Made by a program: the position numbers and the translations under genes. A stretch of 64,000 nucleotides of DNA, taken from positions 5,518,001 through 5,582,000 of the forward strand of contig OZ296651.1 in assembly GCA_965655095.1 (NCBI GenBank), in the 5' to 3' direction. How positions within the stretch are numbered: position 1 is the stretch's first letter; every line of letters begins with the position of its first letter. This stretch comes from Haplodiscus bocki (Eukaryota). Of this stretch, positions 43,019 to 55,794 are shown piece after piece. The notes below the pieces were generated by a model, which searched no databases, was not told the DNA's origin, and saw nothing but the letters and a program-made list of their open reading frames with translations.

Positions 43019-43292
43019 CCAAACCAATGTCTGCATCATCAACTCCCAAGCATTCATGTTTGAGTAGCAAGCAGAGTTCTGATGCAGAATCGGAGAGGTG
43101 CAAAAGCGGGTCTTCCTCTTCTACTAGTGCTACTTCTGGTGGGGGTGGTGCGCACGCTTCTGCCATGGCACCCCTCAAAGTACAGGCCAGTTTGAATGAG
43201 AGAGAACAATTGCGAAAGAAGTTGGAAGCAGCTGAATCTAGTGCTTCATCTTCGGACTTCAAAAGTAAAAATGCCAGAAAAATATCTCAAAA
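43019..43292 (+). CDS. Exon 3 (KPMSASSTPKH...EREQLRKKLEAAE...NARKISQK)
   Basis: Acceptor ATTTCTTTTATAG|, coding-like composition, donor AA|GTGAGG in phase 2. Confidence 0.8.
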
Positions 43293-43909
43293 GTGAGGCA
43301 TTGTGTTTTGTTTTGTAGTTTTGAATAATAGTAGTAGTTTTTGGACAGCAGAAGTTTGAGCTTGGATATCGGAAATTGTCGTCGGAAATGTTGAATTGAA
43401 GGAAAGATGGTAGATAGCCTATTGAAAAATGTGAAAAAGTTTTTGCGTCTCCAGAAGCTACAGCTGTCAATTAATTGTGCTCTTGCTTCTTTCAGAAATC
43501 CTTTCTCTCGAATATTCAGCATCAAAAAGTGAGTCATTTCGCGGAGTCAAAAGTGTATCGGCTTTCATATGCTGGAAATAAAGCATCAAATTAATTTAGA
43601 GAAATGAGTTCATTGGTAGCTTGAAGCTTTTAGCAATGTACTTCGTCGTTAATGTATATAAGATGGGGTTCCGCCGCCGTCAAACATGGTAAAAAGATCC
43701 CATTTGGCTTCAAATGGTGATATAGTAAAACATTGGTAAAGTTCATTTACATTTGGTGTCGAAATTCTACAGTAATATAGACAATTGAGCAATCGTCAGG
43801 TCGGGTTTTTTGGGTGATTGTCCTATATGACTGTCAGAATGTTTTTCAATACACAAAATATAGACAACTTTTTCAAATATCAGTCCGCAATAATAGTCAT
43901 TGTTTTAAG

Positions 43910-45946
43910 GTATCATTTGCAAGGTGCCGCATCAGTTGCTGACCGAATGGTTGCGTTTGACCCCGACTCTGCAAACAAACTCAGAATGAGATCACCTAGT
44001 CCTTCAACCCTTGAAGCAACTTCCGCTGGCATCGGGGGGGAGAGCAAACTGTCTTCTTTCCCATACACCGTTTCCAAAGTAAGCACTTCTTTCTTGCGGG
44101 ATGTTCCTCTAACCATTGCGACATCAGGACCTGACGCCGAGCCAAGACTAGACGATGATGGTCTTCTTCCTAAGGAACGAAGCGCAGCAAGATTGTTGAT
44201 GCATACGTCACCAGTTCCATACAAGAGACCATCTGAATCTTCAGTTACTTCTGAACTCAATCAAAGCGATCGTCCAAATAGATCTGCCAGCACCATAGAA
44301 GCTTCCCTCGCATCTTCAGGTGAATCCCATGTTTCGCAGAGGACCAACAGTCTGTCAGTTTTTGACAACAAATCAGAATTCTCCGAAAGTTGTTTCTTAG
44401 TTCGAGGGGCCTCCGATGCTTCCACGTTCTTACAACCAAGTACCGTTCCAGCAACTTTGAGAAGTACGCAGCTGCGGAGAAAGTTTTTCAACCAGACACC
44501 GGAGGAGGAAAAGAAACGAGACATTGGTGTTCATCTTTCTGATCAATTGCTGCTGACCCCGTCAACTTTATCATCGGCTTCTGGGTCAAATACTTCGTGC
44601 GCTGAGCTGCCTGTTATCACGCCTGCTGCTGTAGATGAAGATGCAATAGTGCCCTCGCCTGCTTTAGCTATGGCTACTGCGCCCATGTCAGAGCTGCGTC
44701 CATTCGCGTCTCCCAGTGCCCCCAACACAATTCCAAGGAGAAAGAATCTAGGCTTGCATGTTAAGCAGTTTTCAGACACGCAGCAGCCACCGGGAATGCA
44801 TGAAGCGCCACGCGTAAAACATAGCAGTAGTAGCACTTCTAGTTTGTTTACCAGACCTTTCGGAACTCTGATGCGAAGAAAGAAAGGGCTACCAAGTACA
44901 GTGGAGAGAGACATGAGGTCTGAGAGTGTGAAAGAGCAGACACCTAAGAGAAAAGACAGGTCACCGGCTAGAAGTTCTTTGAACACCAACTTTACCAACG
45001 AATTTATCCAGTCTTTAATCGTCAAACCCGATTTCGATAAACCCCCTTCAGGAAACGATTCTTATGAACATATGAAAATCCTGGAATATTTGATTCGACA
45101 TTGTGAACTTATGACCATGAAGTCAATGGTGCCTTGTAGAAAATCAGTGGCAAATCGTATTGATATGAATGTTATGATCGTCTCGAACAGTATCAATGAG
45201 ATGAACGCCATTTATGGAATTGCGAGTCATCTGGGTGCACAATCATTATCTATAAAACCATCGAAGCCACCTCGAAACGAAGCACTCATGATGGGCATCT
45301 CTTATCATCAACCCAACACTGTCATTAATTCCGAAATCATGTTGGGGCGTAAAAAATCATCAAACTCGCCTGTCCAAGCTGAAGACTACATAGAGTCAAG
45401 TAAACCGCCTCCTAAACCTTTGAGGACCGCTTTGTCAGCACCCAGTGCTAGTTTATTACACAGTTTGTCTTCCAACAATGATAACTCGAATGATTGTGAC
45501 TTGAGAACTTTGGATCCCAAGGTTTTCACTCACAAATACCCGCCCTCTAGCGGCGGAAGTAGCGCAAAATCGAAATTCTTCCGTGCCTCTAACTTGTACA
45601 GTACGCTTCCGAAGTTTTCAAAACGTCCAAAATATAATAGCAGTTCTAAAAATGCCAAGTTGAGAGGTCTAGACGAGTGTATGTCAGTTCCGCCCATCAT
45701 TCATGACGTCGGTGAAAGAGGTGGAGACGCAATTGTGCTAGTAGACCCTAGATTGTTGCAAGCGCGGAGATTGAATACAGGGCAGTCGTCTAAACCGAGG
45801 CCTGGATTAGAAAAGATGACTGGGTCTCATGCCGCGGCTGATGACTCAGATACCGAAACCGATTCTCTCGACTTTGTTGGCGGAAGGCAAGACTATTCCG
45901 ATGTTGGAACTCTCAACAAGAAGTCGCAGAGTGTTGACAATGTCAG
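43910..45946 (+). CDS. Exon 4, 2037 bp, Ser/Pro-rich low-complexity region with PxxP motifs
   Basis: Lies within the 733-aa ORF 43818-46019. Acceptor TTGTTTTAAG| (phase 2 in), donor AG|GTCAGT (phase 2 out). No recognisable catalytic domain. Confidence 0.88.
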
Positions 45947-47421
45947 GTCAGTTGAACGTTTGAAGTACCTTCATCTCTATTGTATTTGTTGCGACCGAGA
46001 AAAAATTTGGACGTCGTAAATGACATCGTAGTTTTTTTTCTGCCAAAAGTTCGCGAGAATAGTCAGTTTCGCAAATCGTTTTGCTGAAAAACTTCGTTTT
46101 GTAATTTTCAGCCAAGGATTCCCCCAAAGATAGCAATATTTAGAGGAGTTGAAGTGGAGCCGATTTTCCCGTTTTGTTTCTATCGTCGAAATATGATGGA
46201 CTAAAAGTGACAGGAAATCCATAAAATGCCGTTTTTAGTCGATTTTGATGGATTTTTTTTTAAATACCATATCAATTCCTTTCATCTAATGCTTATTCGA
46301 AAGCGTGTTAATTTATGTTAATTCATTTGAGTTGAGCTGTTTTCTGAGATTTTTGTTTCCTTTTCTGAAATTGATTGTGCAACTGCTTCAAAGCATATGA
46401 CGTCGGTTTTAGTCATTTTCATCCGTTTTTCTTTTTAACTACCTTCTCAATTTCTTTCATTTTTCAATGTTTGTACTTTTCAATGTTTGTACAACCAAAA
46501 TCAGTTAGTTTGTTTCAAAAGATTTTTTCTTTTTGATAGTTCAGCAATGGTTAGAATTTTTTGACATGCTACCAATTGTCTGTAAAAAGTTCCTTCAGTG
46601 GTGTGCAAGAGATCTTTGCCTCTAGTTTCTCATTCTGTATGAATCAGCTAGTTGAGGACAGTCAAACCTGATGCTATTCGTTAGGCTAGAAATATTCCGA
46701 AGATAGACGAAACTGTTGATTTTTTGGAAGTTTTGGTTCTCTCTGAAAATTTTTCTCAATGTCAAAAGTTTCGGAAGGGAGCTCTTAAAAATGTTATTCA
46801 CTGGCTGGCAAACTCGTAGTAAAAATTTTCAGAGGCGTTATAACGAAAATTTATGTGTCTTTTTGGAACATACATAGGATGGGAGGATTGCAACAATTTT
46901 TTTATTTGCTTCGAGAAACATTTTTGGTTTTTGCAAAGTTTTGGGGTAGTGTCATCAAAAATTTTTGATAAATGCTTTTGTAGGTCTTCCGTAATTTTGA
47001 AATGCGTGGGGGAAAATCAAACTAAAGCGAGAATGTTGACGCATGAAATTTGATTGATTCAATTTGAGTCTGTGGTCTAACTGAAGATTTTTGAAAGCCA
47101 TCTGATTACTTAGTTCATTTAGTTTTAATTTCTATGGTTTTGCTCAGCGCTTCATGGTTGCTTTTATCTTTCGAATTTTATTTGAACTTTATTGTCGCTT
47201 TTTGAAAATTATCTGTTAGTTCACGTAGAATTGGCTCAATTCCATTTTTTTGACTATCCTAGTTTCTTGGCGCCGAATGCCTGTGATCCTTGATGCCTAT
47301 GTTTCTATTGTGCAAATTCGAATCGTCATATGCCCATTTATGTGAAAAAAGTCGGGAAACATTTAGGAAAAAGTAGAAACAGCAGAAATATTAACATTCA
47401 CCTATTGTAATGCTTTTGCAG

Positions 47422-47680
47422 AGATATGATGTCATCGTCATTAGAAAGTTTGGAGTGTTCCAATTATCACAGAAGTGTGTACTCTGAATCTCGCGCCGTC
47501 GGATCTTCTTCCGCGAACAAGAACTCCACCACCGCCGTCTCCGCTGCCAAAAACGACGACAACCAATCAGACGACGATGATCAGTCACGTGACGTGATGA
47601 CGTCACCCTCCGCTACTGTTGCTGCCACTAAAAGTGACCAATCAGACCAACAAAGACAGCGTGAATCTTCACCAAAAAAG
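47422..47680 (+). CDS. Exon 5 (DMMSSSLESLECS...RESSPKK); either spliced onward or ends at TAA 47686
   Basis: Acceptor TGCTTTTGCAG| in phase 2 matches exon 4. AAG|GTATAA could be a donor or read V-stop. Exons 1-5 sum to 2859 nt = 953 codons with no stop. Confidence 0.8.
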
Positions 47681-47727
47681 GTATAATAGGTTTTGTTGTT
47701 CTAAATCCTCATGATCGGTTCCATACC

Positions 47728-48120
47728 GTAGCTCCAAAATTGAAAAAAAAAGTGTTTCATAGCTCCGAAAATTTATTTCTGTGGAATTCTAAGGGAAGCC
47801 GTGGCTAAAAATTGTCAGGTTCTATTTCCTATGCATACACCTACCGTTAAACCGAATCTTATTTGTCTTAAGTTATTTTCGCAGGCAAAGTTTTCAATTC
47901 TCTTAATAGCAGAAAACTTTGCATTATCCTCTAACTAGACATTAGAAGCTTTTACGAAGGGCCAAAATTTAACCAACACTTCGAACAGTTGTAAAAATTG
48001 GCCTTTTTAGTTGTGTCCTCTGTACGACCGCCTTATGTTTGCTAATTTGAGCTCTGTAGTACAAAATTCAAAGTTTTTTCGGAGCTATGCTCCACTTTTT
48101 CTTTTCAGAGCTGTGAACGT
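47728..48120. mobile_element. Degenerate MITE-like element with ~45-bp inverted ends
   Basis: Left AGCTCCAAAATTGAAAAAAAAAGTGTTTCATAGCTCCGAAAA vs reverse complement of right AGCTCTGAAAAGAAAAAGTGGAGCATAGCTCCGAAAA. TSD not identified. Confidence 0.45.
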
Positions 48121-49453
48121 TCGGAGTTGTGAGACAAGACCTCGTGATCCGAATTTTGAGAGATTGCAAATGGGATCGTGTCCAATTTCTCGCTCACAAT
48201 AATAGGTGGGGTCCAAATAAGAGGAGGTCCTAAAATCAAGAATGACGCCATCGAGCAGTAACGCGTCAGACCATAACTACACGTTGGAACACTCTTTAAC
48301 TGCAAGATAGCTTCGGTGTTTGTATTTGCCGGATACGGAAATTTCATCCGCTTTTGAATATTCTAATTGAGAGGTCCTAATGAGAAGGGGATCTTAAATT
48401 TTGACGCTTGAGACTACCTGGGACGCTTCCGTTCTTTGGATTCGCCCGTTAACTAATTCTCATTGAAGTGAGGTGTGTACAACTTTGACATTGAAGCCCA
48501 ATGTATTCGATATTATAGGGACATGCTTTGACATTTCTTCAGATTTTGCTAGCAGCTGATTGTAACGTCATCTGCAGTGGCTAGCTACGCCAGCTTTGCT
48601 TAGGTCACATTGCTTAGGTCACTTACGCTTACAGTAGTGTCAGTAAAGAAAAAAAACTTTTATTAGTGAATTATTACTGTTGAATTATTACTGGAACGCT
48701 GCCTACTAGAGTGATTTTGATTTATGCGACTGAGCAATTTTGATACGCTTTACAAAATCTTAAGTGGAGAAGTAAATAATAGGAGATCAGAGGAAACAAA
48801 GGTACTCTGTAAAAGCTCATCAAAAGGGCTAAAACATGGTTATTTAATTTGCTAAAACAAGTTTTTCAAAGAGCTAGAAAATCGCGTCATAAAGTTTACA
48901 TAAACTATGCAAGCATTGCGAATAACGACTAATTTTAGCAGTTTTCGTAAGAAATATTGACAATGACACAAAATAGCAAGAAACAAATTAGATAATTTGT
49001 TGATTTCGCTTGTTCCGCAAAGCTTGTATATCACTTTTTTCAAAAGCATGAATTTTCAGAACAATTTGCAGAAAGTAAAAGTATAATTTTAACATCCTAT
49101 TTTAATACATTGATTTTCAAATTTAGTAGATTCGAGATAAATTTTAGAGTGGTTTTTGAAAATTTTTCCGCCGACCGATAATCTCAGCTGTCACAGAAAC
49201 ATCAGAGGCATCTATTGATGAATTAAAATTCCATTATTAATTTTTTAATGTCTCAAAAGAATGGAAAATTTGTTCAAAAACGCATTTTCTAGTTTTTGCT
49301 CTATTCGTTGGAAATTTTTCAAACCTTTATAATCTTAAAAATCTAAGAATGTTCTGCTTTTAGTACTTTTGTCCAAAATGATTATTTCCGAAGTTATTCG
49401 TGGTCAAATTTGACTTATGCATTAAAGTTGCCGCATTAATTAAAATCATGACT

Positions 49454-50142
49454 ATACTTGTGTAATACTCAGAAACAACTGAAAATCACTAAATATGCTC
49501 GAAACAAAAGTTTCTTAGAATTTTATTTAGTTTACAATGGTGTTTGTTTGAAACTTCTAGGATCATTGTCATAAAAGTTAGGAGATTTTGCACCTCTATG
49601 TGTTAAGATAGGAGGTTGATTTTGCGTCACAACTTTCGATGTTTTAAGTACCTTCCACTCCGTTTTTGTTTACATTTCATATACCGTCAAGATGGCTTCT
49701 TTCTACTGATTACACTCAGAAGTTGGCAACTCCCCAGTGTTTACACTATCAAAAATGCGAAAACATTTCTTGAAAAAAAAGTAGTCATTCCCAATGTTAA
49801 TACGTTGTAAAAGGTGTCATTTCTTAGAGAATGTCTATGTGTTTTGATAGTGTAAACACTGGGGAGCTGCCAACTTCTGAGTGTAATCAGTATATAGAAG
49901 GGATCTTGACGGTATATGAAATGTATACAAAAACGGAGTAGAAGGTACTCAAATCATCAAAAGTTGTGACGCAAAATCAACCTCCTATCTTAATACATAG
50001 AAGTGCAAAATCTCCTAACTTCTATAATAATGATCCTAGAAGTTTCAAACAAACACCATTGTAAACTAGATAAAATTCTAAGAAACTTTTGTATCGAACA
50101 TAATTTGTGATTTTCAGTTGTTTTTGAGTGTAACGCAAGTAT
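49454..50142. mobile_element. Foldback/MITE-like element: ~300-bp inverted arms around an ~87-bp spacer
   Basis: Left arm 49454-49754 (ATACTTG...CCCCAGTGTTTACACTATCAAAA) is the reverse complement of right arm 49842-50142 (TTTTGATAGTGTAAACACTGGGG...CAAGTAT), with scattered mismatches. Confidence 0.85.
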
Positions 50143-50489
50143 ATGTAGCGTTCCAGTATTAATTCACAAATAAAGGTTCCTTTTTTTCCTACCGTATTTC
50201 GCTTCACTTCATCACTCAGCTGGCCAATCACGCCGATTTGCGAAAATAACCGAACGTGCGATAGTATAATCTATAGGCCTCACGTCTATCAGCTTCACGC
50301 CTAAAAAGTTGGCAAAGTGATTTCATTTGAAAGCTTTGAAAAATTCCTCTGGTGTAATATTCTTTGCCGAAAACTTTGCAATATTCAATCTCATCAAAAT
50401 GCAACCACAGTGTTTCAATTCATTTTAATCGCTTCACAGCTTTTCGTTCTCCACTCAGACTCACTGCATTCATTAAAAACTGTAATGCC

Positions 50490-50711
50490 AAAGTTGTGAC
50501 GCAAAATCAACCTTTATCTCAATACAAAAAGGTGCAAAATCTCCTAACTTCTATAATAATGATCCTAGAAGTTTCAAAAAACACAATTGTAAACTAGATA
50601 GAATTCTAAGAAACTTTTGTTTCTAGCATAATTTGTGATTTTCAGTTGCTTTTGAGTAATACGCAAGTATATGTAGCGTTCCAGTATTAATTCACAAATA
50701 AAGGTTCCTTT
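50490..50711 (+). repeat. Direct duplicate of 49960-50183 (outer part of the foldback right arm plus its flank)
   Basis: AAAGTTGTGACGCAAAATCAACCT...CAAGTATATGTAGCGTTCCAGTATTAATTCACAAATAAAGGTTCCTTT is present at both sites. Confidence 0.9.
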
Positions 50712-51029
50712 CTTTTCTGACACTACTATACTTTAGCTATATTGCTTAGTTGCCAGAATAATGCCTATTTACCGTTACTCGATTATCCGCCAAAAACGTC
50801 AATATTGTAGTTGTATAATTCAGTGTGTAACTGCAGTAGACTACATATGTTCAATTTAAATTATTTAGTGAGCATGTTATGCACTAGTTTTTTTGGTTTT
50901 TGTTTAACACTTCGTTAATTGTGTAACTCTGTTTTATGTGATCAATTTTTTGGGAAAAGAGTGTGGTCATCGTCGTGATAGTTTTTGTGTACGCAAAGTT
51001 ATTGCGACATTTTTGGTATGTTTTCCTCG

Positions 51030-52300
51030 GATAATTTTAGTTTATCCAAGGGGGTATGTATGATGATTACTTTAAGTCTATCTCCTGTTCAGTTACGTAA
51101 TTATGGGAAAAAGTGTTGCGCGAAAATTTGGGTATGTTAAATTTTATCATAATTTGTCTGTTTCATTTTGGTCGGTCGGATGAGATATTCACCAGTGCAC
51201 CTATCTTTACCCTACATACCGCGGAGTTCTTATTAGTTCCGTTCGTAGTCCTTTGCTCTTCGTTGGTTGTGTTCGTAATACTTTTGCTTTCTCCGGATGT
51301 CAAGTAATTCAATAGACCTGTATTCTCTTAAAATTTAACCATTTGTTCATTATATATTTGTCTGGTTTTAAATTTAAGCGTCGTCTTCTGTAAAGTTGGC
51401 TTACCTTCTTCGTCTTGACTGTAGTAATTTCTAAATACTTCGTGTTGAAATTTATTGGTTGTTTTCGAAGGATGTTTTGCAGACAGTTGTAATTTGATAG
51501 ACGAATAATTGAATGATATTTTAATCCATTCGCTTCGATAATGGATGTCTGCAAGGGGTCTATTTTGCAAATTTAAATTTTTGTTCAACTTTCGGGTCGT
51601 TCTGTGTTCTGTGGTGTTCTTCTATATTATGTTTATAAATAAGATGGAATTCATTTTTTTTTGCTGGTAAGCGCGATGAAACATGAGTTGGTTGATTTGA
51701 ACATCTTCCTAGGTTCGTTACCATTTTATTAATTTGTAAATTGAATCGTGTTCTTAGTGCCATGGCTGGTCGTAGACATCGGCTTTCCACGAAACTTTCC
51801 TTATTTGTACCTCAAAGCTCCTTATGCATTCAGTTCGGTTTTTCCTGTCTGTTCTGGTATTTTATCTAGTTAAATTTTTTGTCGGACTCTGCTTGGTAAG
51901 CCGCTCCATGATTTTCAGAATTCGGTGCGCGACACCGGTTTGTGAGTGTTGTGTGTGCTGTACGAGATGCTTTCCATCTTTCTAAAGAAGTCCTACGTTT
52001 CATTGTTTGCAGTTACTTCGTTACAGCTCAGCGTGTTTTGGCGGTTGGCTCTTGAAACTGAAGCGCTTCTTCGTCGAATGAACTTCACGATTATTTCATT
52101 TTCACGAGTCAGTCAGCATGACGCCTTTGAGCCACATTCTGCATTCTACAGTTCTTGGAGGGTAATAATTCCACGAGGGCATGAATATATCGGGCAGGAT
52201 TTTATAATGTGTTTGACTGATCGTCTCTCCGTAAAGACATTCGTCACAGGCTTGGAAATGGAACCTGACTGGTTTGTCTGCGATCAAGGATCTGCATGCT
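51030..52300 (-). pseudogene. Possible highly decayed retroelement ORF (Penelope-like RT?)
   Basis: Overlapping K/N/I-rich minus-strand ORF fragments. Faint resemblance of NLTYPNFRATLFPIIT to the Penelope KIHKxxxPLRPII motif and of HTPLDK to TNIP. No YxDD seen. Confidence 0.2.
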
Positions 52301-52559
52301 CTGAGTCTGTTTACCTTTGGCTAGATGTCACCGGTAGGTCTTGCCCGATGGTGGCGGGAAATTTGTCACCGGTAAAAAAAGCCTTCACACCTTTTTTGCG
52401 ATCGTTTAGACGGGTCGGCGGGTCAGGAGAAAACGGAGCGAGGGTAGATCTATTCAGTCTTTTTTGAGGACTACTCTCTCTATAGAAGGGTGAGCCCAAG
52501 TTTTTGGAGAAACTAAGAAATTTTCAGTCCTCAGTGTGAATCTGCCATGTATTGAATTT

Positions 52560-53340
52560 TTGGCTGTACGACAACTCGGACCAGAGACAAGTTCGGATCG
52601 AAAACCAGATTCGGACCTCAGACAAACTCGGACTGAATTTAAAATTCGGCTCAAATTATTTGCTAAATAGCCCAATTACTTAATTAGCAAAGAAGCCACT
52701 GCTGTTTTTCTCAAAGTTTACCATTTTGCAACCAGTTTTGATATAAATTAAGTGGATGACATTAACTATTTTCGGAATGGTAGATGTTCTAGTTAATATC
52801 CCCAAACCGAAAATTCAAATAAGTCATAAAGTAGCAAACTGTGAACGGACAAAATTGGAGCTGCTTCTAAGTCTCAAAACATCTTTTGGTGTAATACACA
52901 GTTTTGTTGATAAAATAAATCTTCCGGAATTGTGAAGCCGTGCAATTTATACTTCGTAAATATAAAAGCAAAAGTTCCTGGAAATGCTTTTTTAAACATA
53001 ATTTCGGTGTTGTGGTTTTTTTTTCAAAATTGGGAAGAAGTAGCATATTTGTTGTGTAATCCAAATAAAATTGTAAAACTTGAAGTATTGCGGGTAGATT
53101 CAAGGGCATTTGCGAAAGGCCAAGGTTTCGAAATTTAGAAGATCGAAGCGCTTGTGTAATAAATATTGTATTTTGTTTGGATTTGATTTTCTCTTTTAAT
53201 TGGCACTAATTACTATGATGATCTACAATTATGGAAGTTTTTACAAATGCGGCTAATTAACCCTAATCGAAGGTAATTAAAGTTTTGGGCCGAATTTGTC
53301 TTTAATCCGAATTTTCGCATCACCGAATGTATTATGGCCC
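52560..53340. repeat. Degenerate inverted-repeat element whose arms are short (~17-bp) TCGGAC/TTCGG tandem motifs
   Basis: Left GATTCGGACCTCAGACAAACTCGGACT...AAATTCGGCTCAAATT vs reverse complement of right AATTCGGATTAAAGACAAATTCGGCCCAAAACT. Confidence 0.35.
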
Positions 53341-53904
53341 CCTCACTTTTTCATTCTCTGATGCGACGACTTCACTCTTCAATTGAAATCCTGCGCTCTT
53401 CTGGCCAAGATTGCATGCTTGTTTCAAATTTTAATGCAATTGCTCTGATTATACTACTTTCGATATCATGTGGTATCAGTTAAAATTTGCTGCATCCAGT
53501 GTTGATAAGAGAGTAAACAAAGAGTAAAGAAAGCTGCATTCATGAAATGCACTCAAGTTCGGCAAACTTAGTTTCTGAATGTGAATTGGAGGGTTTTCTG
53601 AACGTACAAAATAAAAATTGAAAATGTTCTGACGAAATTCTGTAGGTGTTTTTACCTAAATTGTGAACACATATTTCATTGAGCTGTGTTCTCTCACATG
53701 CATTTGTGATACCAACATTTTCCTCCTTGCGAAACTTTTGCAATTGAAGAAAACCAAATATTCCATTAACACCCGCTTTCTGGTAAACCGAAATTTTTGG
53801 CGGAAAATGGAAGAGTTTTTGAAAATTATAAGGCCATGTGACAAAAACCGGGTCTGCCATGCTAAAATCTTTTCTAGGGAAAATCCTGACACCCATCTGT
53901 GATA

Positions 53905-55794
53905 CAGTCGACACCGGATAAATTCACACCCCTCGGGCTGTCAAAACTGGGTGAAATTATGCGAAGTGCGAAATTAACAGAAGTGATTGATAAGCAAAGA
54001 GTTTAACATCGAGCAAGTCCGTCAAGGAAAGTTTAAAGTTGTTTTCGGAAGAAATGCGTTAGCTGCGTCTGTTTTGTGCATTTGCCGCGCTCCACCGAAA
54101 GTTCAATTTAGTCAGTTTTTTTCCAGAACTTGATCTTTGTCCTCGAAAGTTGAGCACAAGAGCCGTAGGGAATGTAGCATTTTCAGCGCATCCTGTCGTG
54201 CGGGAGTGGCTTCTCCAGCATCGACTCCGATTTCGGGTTCTTCTTCACCATCATCGGCAAGTAGAACTTGGCCGAATTTTTCTGTGCAAATTTCCTGGTC
54301 CGTCATAATGCCGGAACATTGCTCACCAGAATCAACATCCACGAACTCGTTGAACTCCTGAGCGGTGAACTCCTCTGGAGGGTTCGCTTCCGGAAGGTTA
54401 ATCTCCTCAATTTCTCGTTGTTCTTGTCTCAGAACATGTAGGACAAAACCTGCTTTTCTGAAGCAATTATAACTGGTAGATGGGGTAAGCAAAAAGAATG
54501 CACGCTTCAACATATATATAGCCTTCAATACAGAAATGGATCTGGCAATATCGTCCGGTTCAACACCATTATCGATAGCGATAACCATCTGACCGATAAG
54601 CTGGGTTCTGTAGTAAACTTTCACTGTTCAGATATTACCCTCGTCCAGAGTTTGTATTAGAGAAGTAGTGTTGGAAGACATGAAAATTATTTTCGTGTTT
54701 GACAGTTCATAATTTAGTTTGTGACAGGAGGCATTGTCACAAAAAAGTATTACATTACGGCCATTTCGTTGCATTTTTGAATTGAATTTCGTTATGATGG
54801 TTTCCCAAATTTCCGAAGTCATCCAGGCTTTCTTTTTGCTGTAATACTGCAACGGTGGAGCTTTGTTCCGAAAATAGCGTGGAGTAGGAAATTTCCCGAT
54901 TGTGGTAATTTTTTTCTCTGTTCCGGAGTGATTTACTATCATGAGGAATGTTAGGCGCTCTTTTCGAATTTTTATATTCGATTGCTCCTCGCCTTTGTCC
55001 ACAAGCGACCCCATGGGTGTAGCTTTGTAGAACAGTCCCGATTCATCTGCCTTGAAAATATCATGTGGTTCATATCCTTCGACAAAGGATGGCAAAATTT
55101 GTGTTGTCCACGATTCAGCGCCTTCAGTATCAGCCGCCCGTTTCTCGCCATGTAATTTCTGGAATGAAATATTCTCACGTTTTTTTAAGTCTTTCTAGCC
55201 ACGATGGATTGGGTTGAAAATCAGAATTCAATTGGATTGCTAGTGAATGGGCTTTCTCGAGCAGCATTTGTCCGTTAATTGGTACATTTTAACCGCGCAT
55301 CTGTCGAAACCAACATAATAATGCGGTTTCTACATCTAAGCCCGTGCTTTGTCGAGCACGTTTGCTGTTAGGTTGTTTATTTCTCTGAGCATCGCTTCTA
55401 ATCTGAGTATCGTTTCGTTTAATCGTAGAGACGGTTGATCGGTCAATACCATTTTTCTTTGAGGCTGCTGTCTGGTTGACTCCTCGCCTCAAATCGTCCA
55501 GAAGTTTCAATTTGTCAGTTGACTTCAATGCGATATGCGCCTTCCGCGACGAATTGGCAGCCTGGTCCATCGCGCAACTGAAATGAGGCGGCTTGTGGTT
55601 ACCAGATTGTGAAATTGCGCGGTGGAACTGACGAATCAGCGCGAAGCGCTCCTTTGAAGTTGATCGCAGTGTGAAGTTACAGCGAATGAAATTAACCGCA
55701 GCCATTTAGTATTGTCGAGTTGCGGGCCGCGAATAAGTGTGGTAATTAAGCGCAGTGTGAATATATCAGGTGTGAATTTATCCAACTTCGACTG
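53905..55794 (-). mobile_element. pogo/Tigger-family (Tc1-mariner superfamily) DNA transposon, 1890 bp, full length
   Basis: TIRs CAGTCGACACCGGATAAATTCACACC and CAGTCGAAGTTGGATAAATTCACACC (22/26). TA on both sides (53903-4, 55795-6). Transposase inside. Confidence 0.95.
54033..55570 (-). pseudogene. Inactivated pogo/Tigger transposase (N-terminal HTH + CENP-B-type HTH + DDE_1, DD30D, C-terminal PIP-box-like motif)
   Basis: KLKLLDDL...GIDRSTVSTI, VETALLCWFRQMR, KLHGEK, ADESGLFY, FCDNASCH, IQTLDEG (30 aa between D2 and D3) and terminal KQTQLTHFF. In-frame stops at 55289-91 and 54628-30; frameshifts near 55180 and 54115. Confidence 0.93.

Noticed and set aside
43913-45025. Minus-strand ORFs inside exon 4
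   Set aside because: Antisense shadows of the coding exon.
48543-48584. Candidate terminal exon ILLAADCNVICSG*
   Set aside because: Good acceptor and correct phase, but too short to distinguish from chance.
51946-52467. 173-aa plus-strand ORF with HEYIGQ as a GIY-YIG nuclease
   Set aside because: No upstream GIY/VY motif or conserved downstream R/E/N pattern; non-ATG start; composition looks like antisense sequence.
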